In this document: one piece after another, positions 62,739-64,000 of the stretch
How positions within the stretch are numbered: position 1 is the first letter of the stretch
Layout: every line of letters starts with the position of its first letter
Assembly (NCBI GenBank): GCA_965644295.1
Contig: CBFFRP010000296.1
Location: 248,001 to 312,000, forward strand
DNA length: 64,000 nucleotides
Direction of reading: 5' to 3'
DNA from: Paraphysomonas bandaiensis
Lineage: Eukaryota > Protista > Chrysophyceae
Translations under genes and position numbers: made by a program
The notes under the pieces: model-generated
Database searches by the model: none
What the model was told of the DNA's origin: nothing
The model's input: only the letters and a program-made list of their open reading frames with translations

Positions 62739-62926
62739 GTCCACGGACACACGATAAAGGCGAATTTCATATCACACAAAAAGAACGGAAGTGGTTGCAC
62801 CTTGGTGCTTGCGGCGACGCACAAGCAGCTTTCGTAGCGTTAAATAGTAGGATAAAAGAGTTTGTATTGATTAGTTACGGGTAGTGGTCTAACTAGTATG
62901 ACTAGCATTCTTCTAGCCACTAATTG

Positions 62927-62971
62927 ATGCAAGGTCTCAACGCCTATTGCTAAATAATCAGACATTCACTA
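62927..62971 (+). repeat. 45-bp dispersed repeat, second copy at 34289-34333
   Basis: atgcaaggtctcaacgcctattgctaaataatYagacattcacta is present at both loci. Confidence 0.85.
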
Positions 62972-63109
62972 CTTCACTAGATCCTGATGTGCCAGTGGAG
63001 AACGAGAAGTAGTTACGATTCTTAGTCTATTACTTCACTAACTTAGTAATTAAGGGAGTACTACACTACATATAACTTCTATCAGCGGTATTATCTACTT
63101 AGGTATTAA

Positions 63110-63300
63110 TGAGCCATTGTAATTGCCGGGGCATTTTTGAAAAATGCCATTATAATTGTCGGGAACTGGACTACCAACGGGCCATTAATGGTTACCAGGC
63201 CTTGATTGGCGCTACCATTAATGGTAATTTATGACTATTATCTATTATAATTTTGCGGGGAACTTTCACCAATGGGCCACTAACGGTTGCCAGGCCCTGG
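63110..63300. repeat. Internally repetitive/palindromic dispersed repeat related to ~5020-5085
   Basis: tgccattataattgtcgggaactg matches the reverse complement of cagttcccggcaactataatggca at ~5035; ccattaatggttaccaggcc-like motifs recur. Confidence 0.6.
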
Positions 63301-64000
63301 CTCAAACCTTGAAAGGACTGGGCGCTGTTTTGCTCCAAATATGTCCCTTCATCTTCAGCATCATTCGTCAGACCAAATTAATTCAACCAAATTGACTAGA
63401 TCCAATAATAATACCCAGGCAAAATAGGGATAAAAACTACTAGTATGTATCGAGTATAAGAGTTGTATACAGTATACAGAATTATAAAAGTAGATGCAAC
63501 AATGATGTCAGAAATTAATGGTTTCGGCTCTAATAGTCAAGTTCGAGGATTTATCTTTGCCCTATCGATTGGGCACCCAATGTGAAGAACTCGAGAAGTG
63601 TGCATTACAAGACGCTATATATTCCAAAGTGTATCACAAATCAGCGTGGGAACACCAATGGTGGTTTGTCTATAATAACAGAGAGCACCAACAAAAAAAC
63701 TACTTTGGTCGGAGAAGTTGTCGTTGCGTTGGCTGTCATCACAGCACACTGCAACTATAAATGTCTTCTCGCGCCAAATTGTTTAACGGACGTGACGTGA
63801 ACTATTATAACTCTGTTAGCATAGTACGGCTACAAACACTACACTAATTAATGTGTAAAGTACACCGTTTTCACGTCATCTTGACCAAACTTTTCACCAC
63901 ACGCAGGACATTTTCGGTTCCTACTGCGGAGATTCTCATCAATGCATTCCTTGCAAAACATATGAAAACACCGAGTAATTGCCACTTGTTTAAATCTATC

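Larger units (their letters stand above)
50100..62862 (+). mobile_element. Non-LTR (LINE-type) retrotransposon encoding OTU-SET-APE-RT-RNase H-CCHC, interrupted by a gypsy element; 5' end approximate and possibly truncated
   Basis: Joining 50190-52455 to 58045-62738 gives a 6960-nt frame (2319 aa); its short 3' tail is shared with dispersed repeats. Confidence 0.92.

Noticed and set aside
49341-62862. Inverted tail-repeat copies as TIRs of a 13.5-kb DNA transposon
   Set aside because: The left copy is a full, more diverged member of a dispersed family. There is no transposase or TSD, and the enzyme set is that of a LINE.
63518-63800. Short ORFs near the window end
   Set aside because: No recognisable motifs.

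Overview
Eukaryotic nuclear DNA with short GT-AG introns. It is probably from a stramenopile alga, because the GSA aminotransferase has a signal-peptide-led, complex-plastid-type presequence (inference). About 15 host genes lie mostly in head-to-head pairs: NOG2/CNNM, GSA/GTPase, pectin acetylesterase/acyl-CoA synthetase, SDR/TPR-CaaX, repeat protein/ELAV-like RRM, and P5CS/Orai-like-PH. The remaining genes are a Crinkler-like NTPase-REase, a multi-p25alpha protein and PIG-O. Three long (TACA)n arrays sit just upstream of start codons, and most transposons lie in tail-to-tail gaps. The main discovery is a non-LTR retrotransposon at about 50.1-62.9 kb. Once a nested Ty3/gypsy chromovirus (52456-58040, TSD CGAC) is removed in silico, it has one intact 2319-aa ORF reading OTU-like protease - SET methyltransferase - APE endonuclease - RT - RNase H - CCHC finger, so it carries two chromatin-modifying-type enzyme domains in its polyprotein. 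A dispersed ~270-bp SINE-like family shares its 3' tail. The window also contains a recently inserted but internally decayed Ty1/copia element (identical LTRs, TSD GACGT) nested in an older LTR, and a pair of inverted MITEs around a TACA array. All calls come from reading motifs by eye; no database searches were run.
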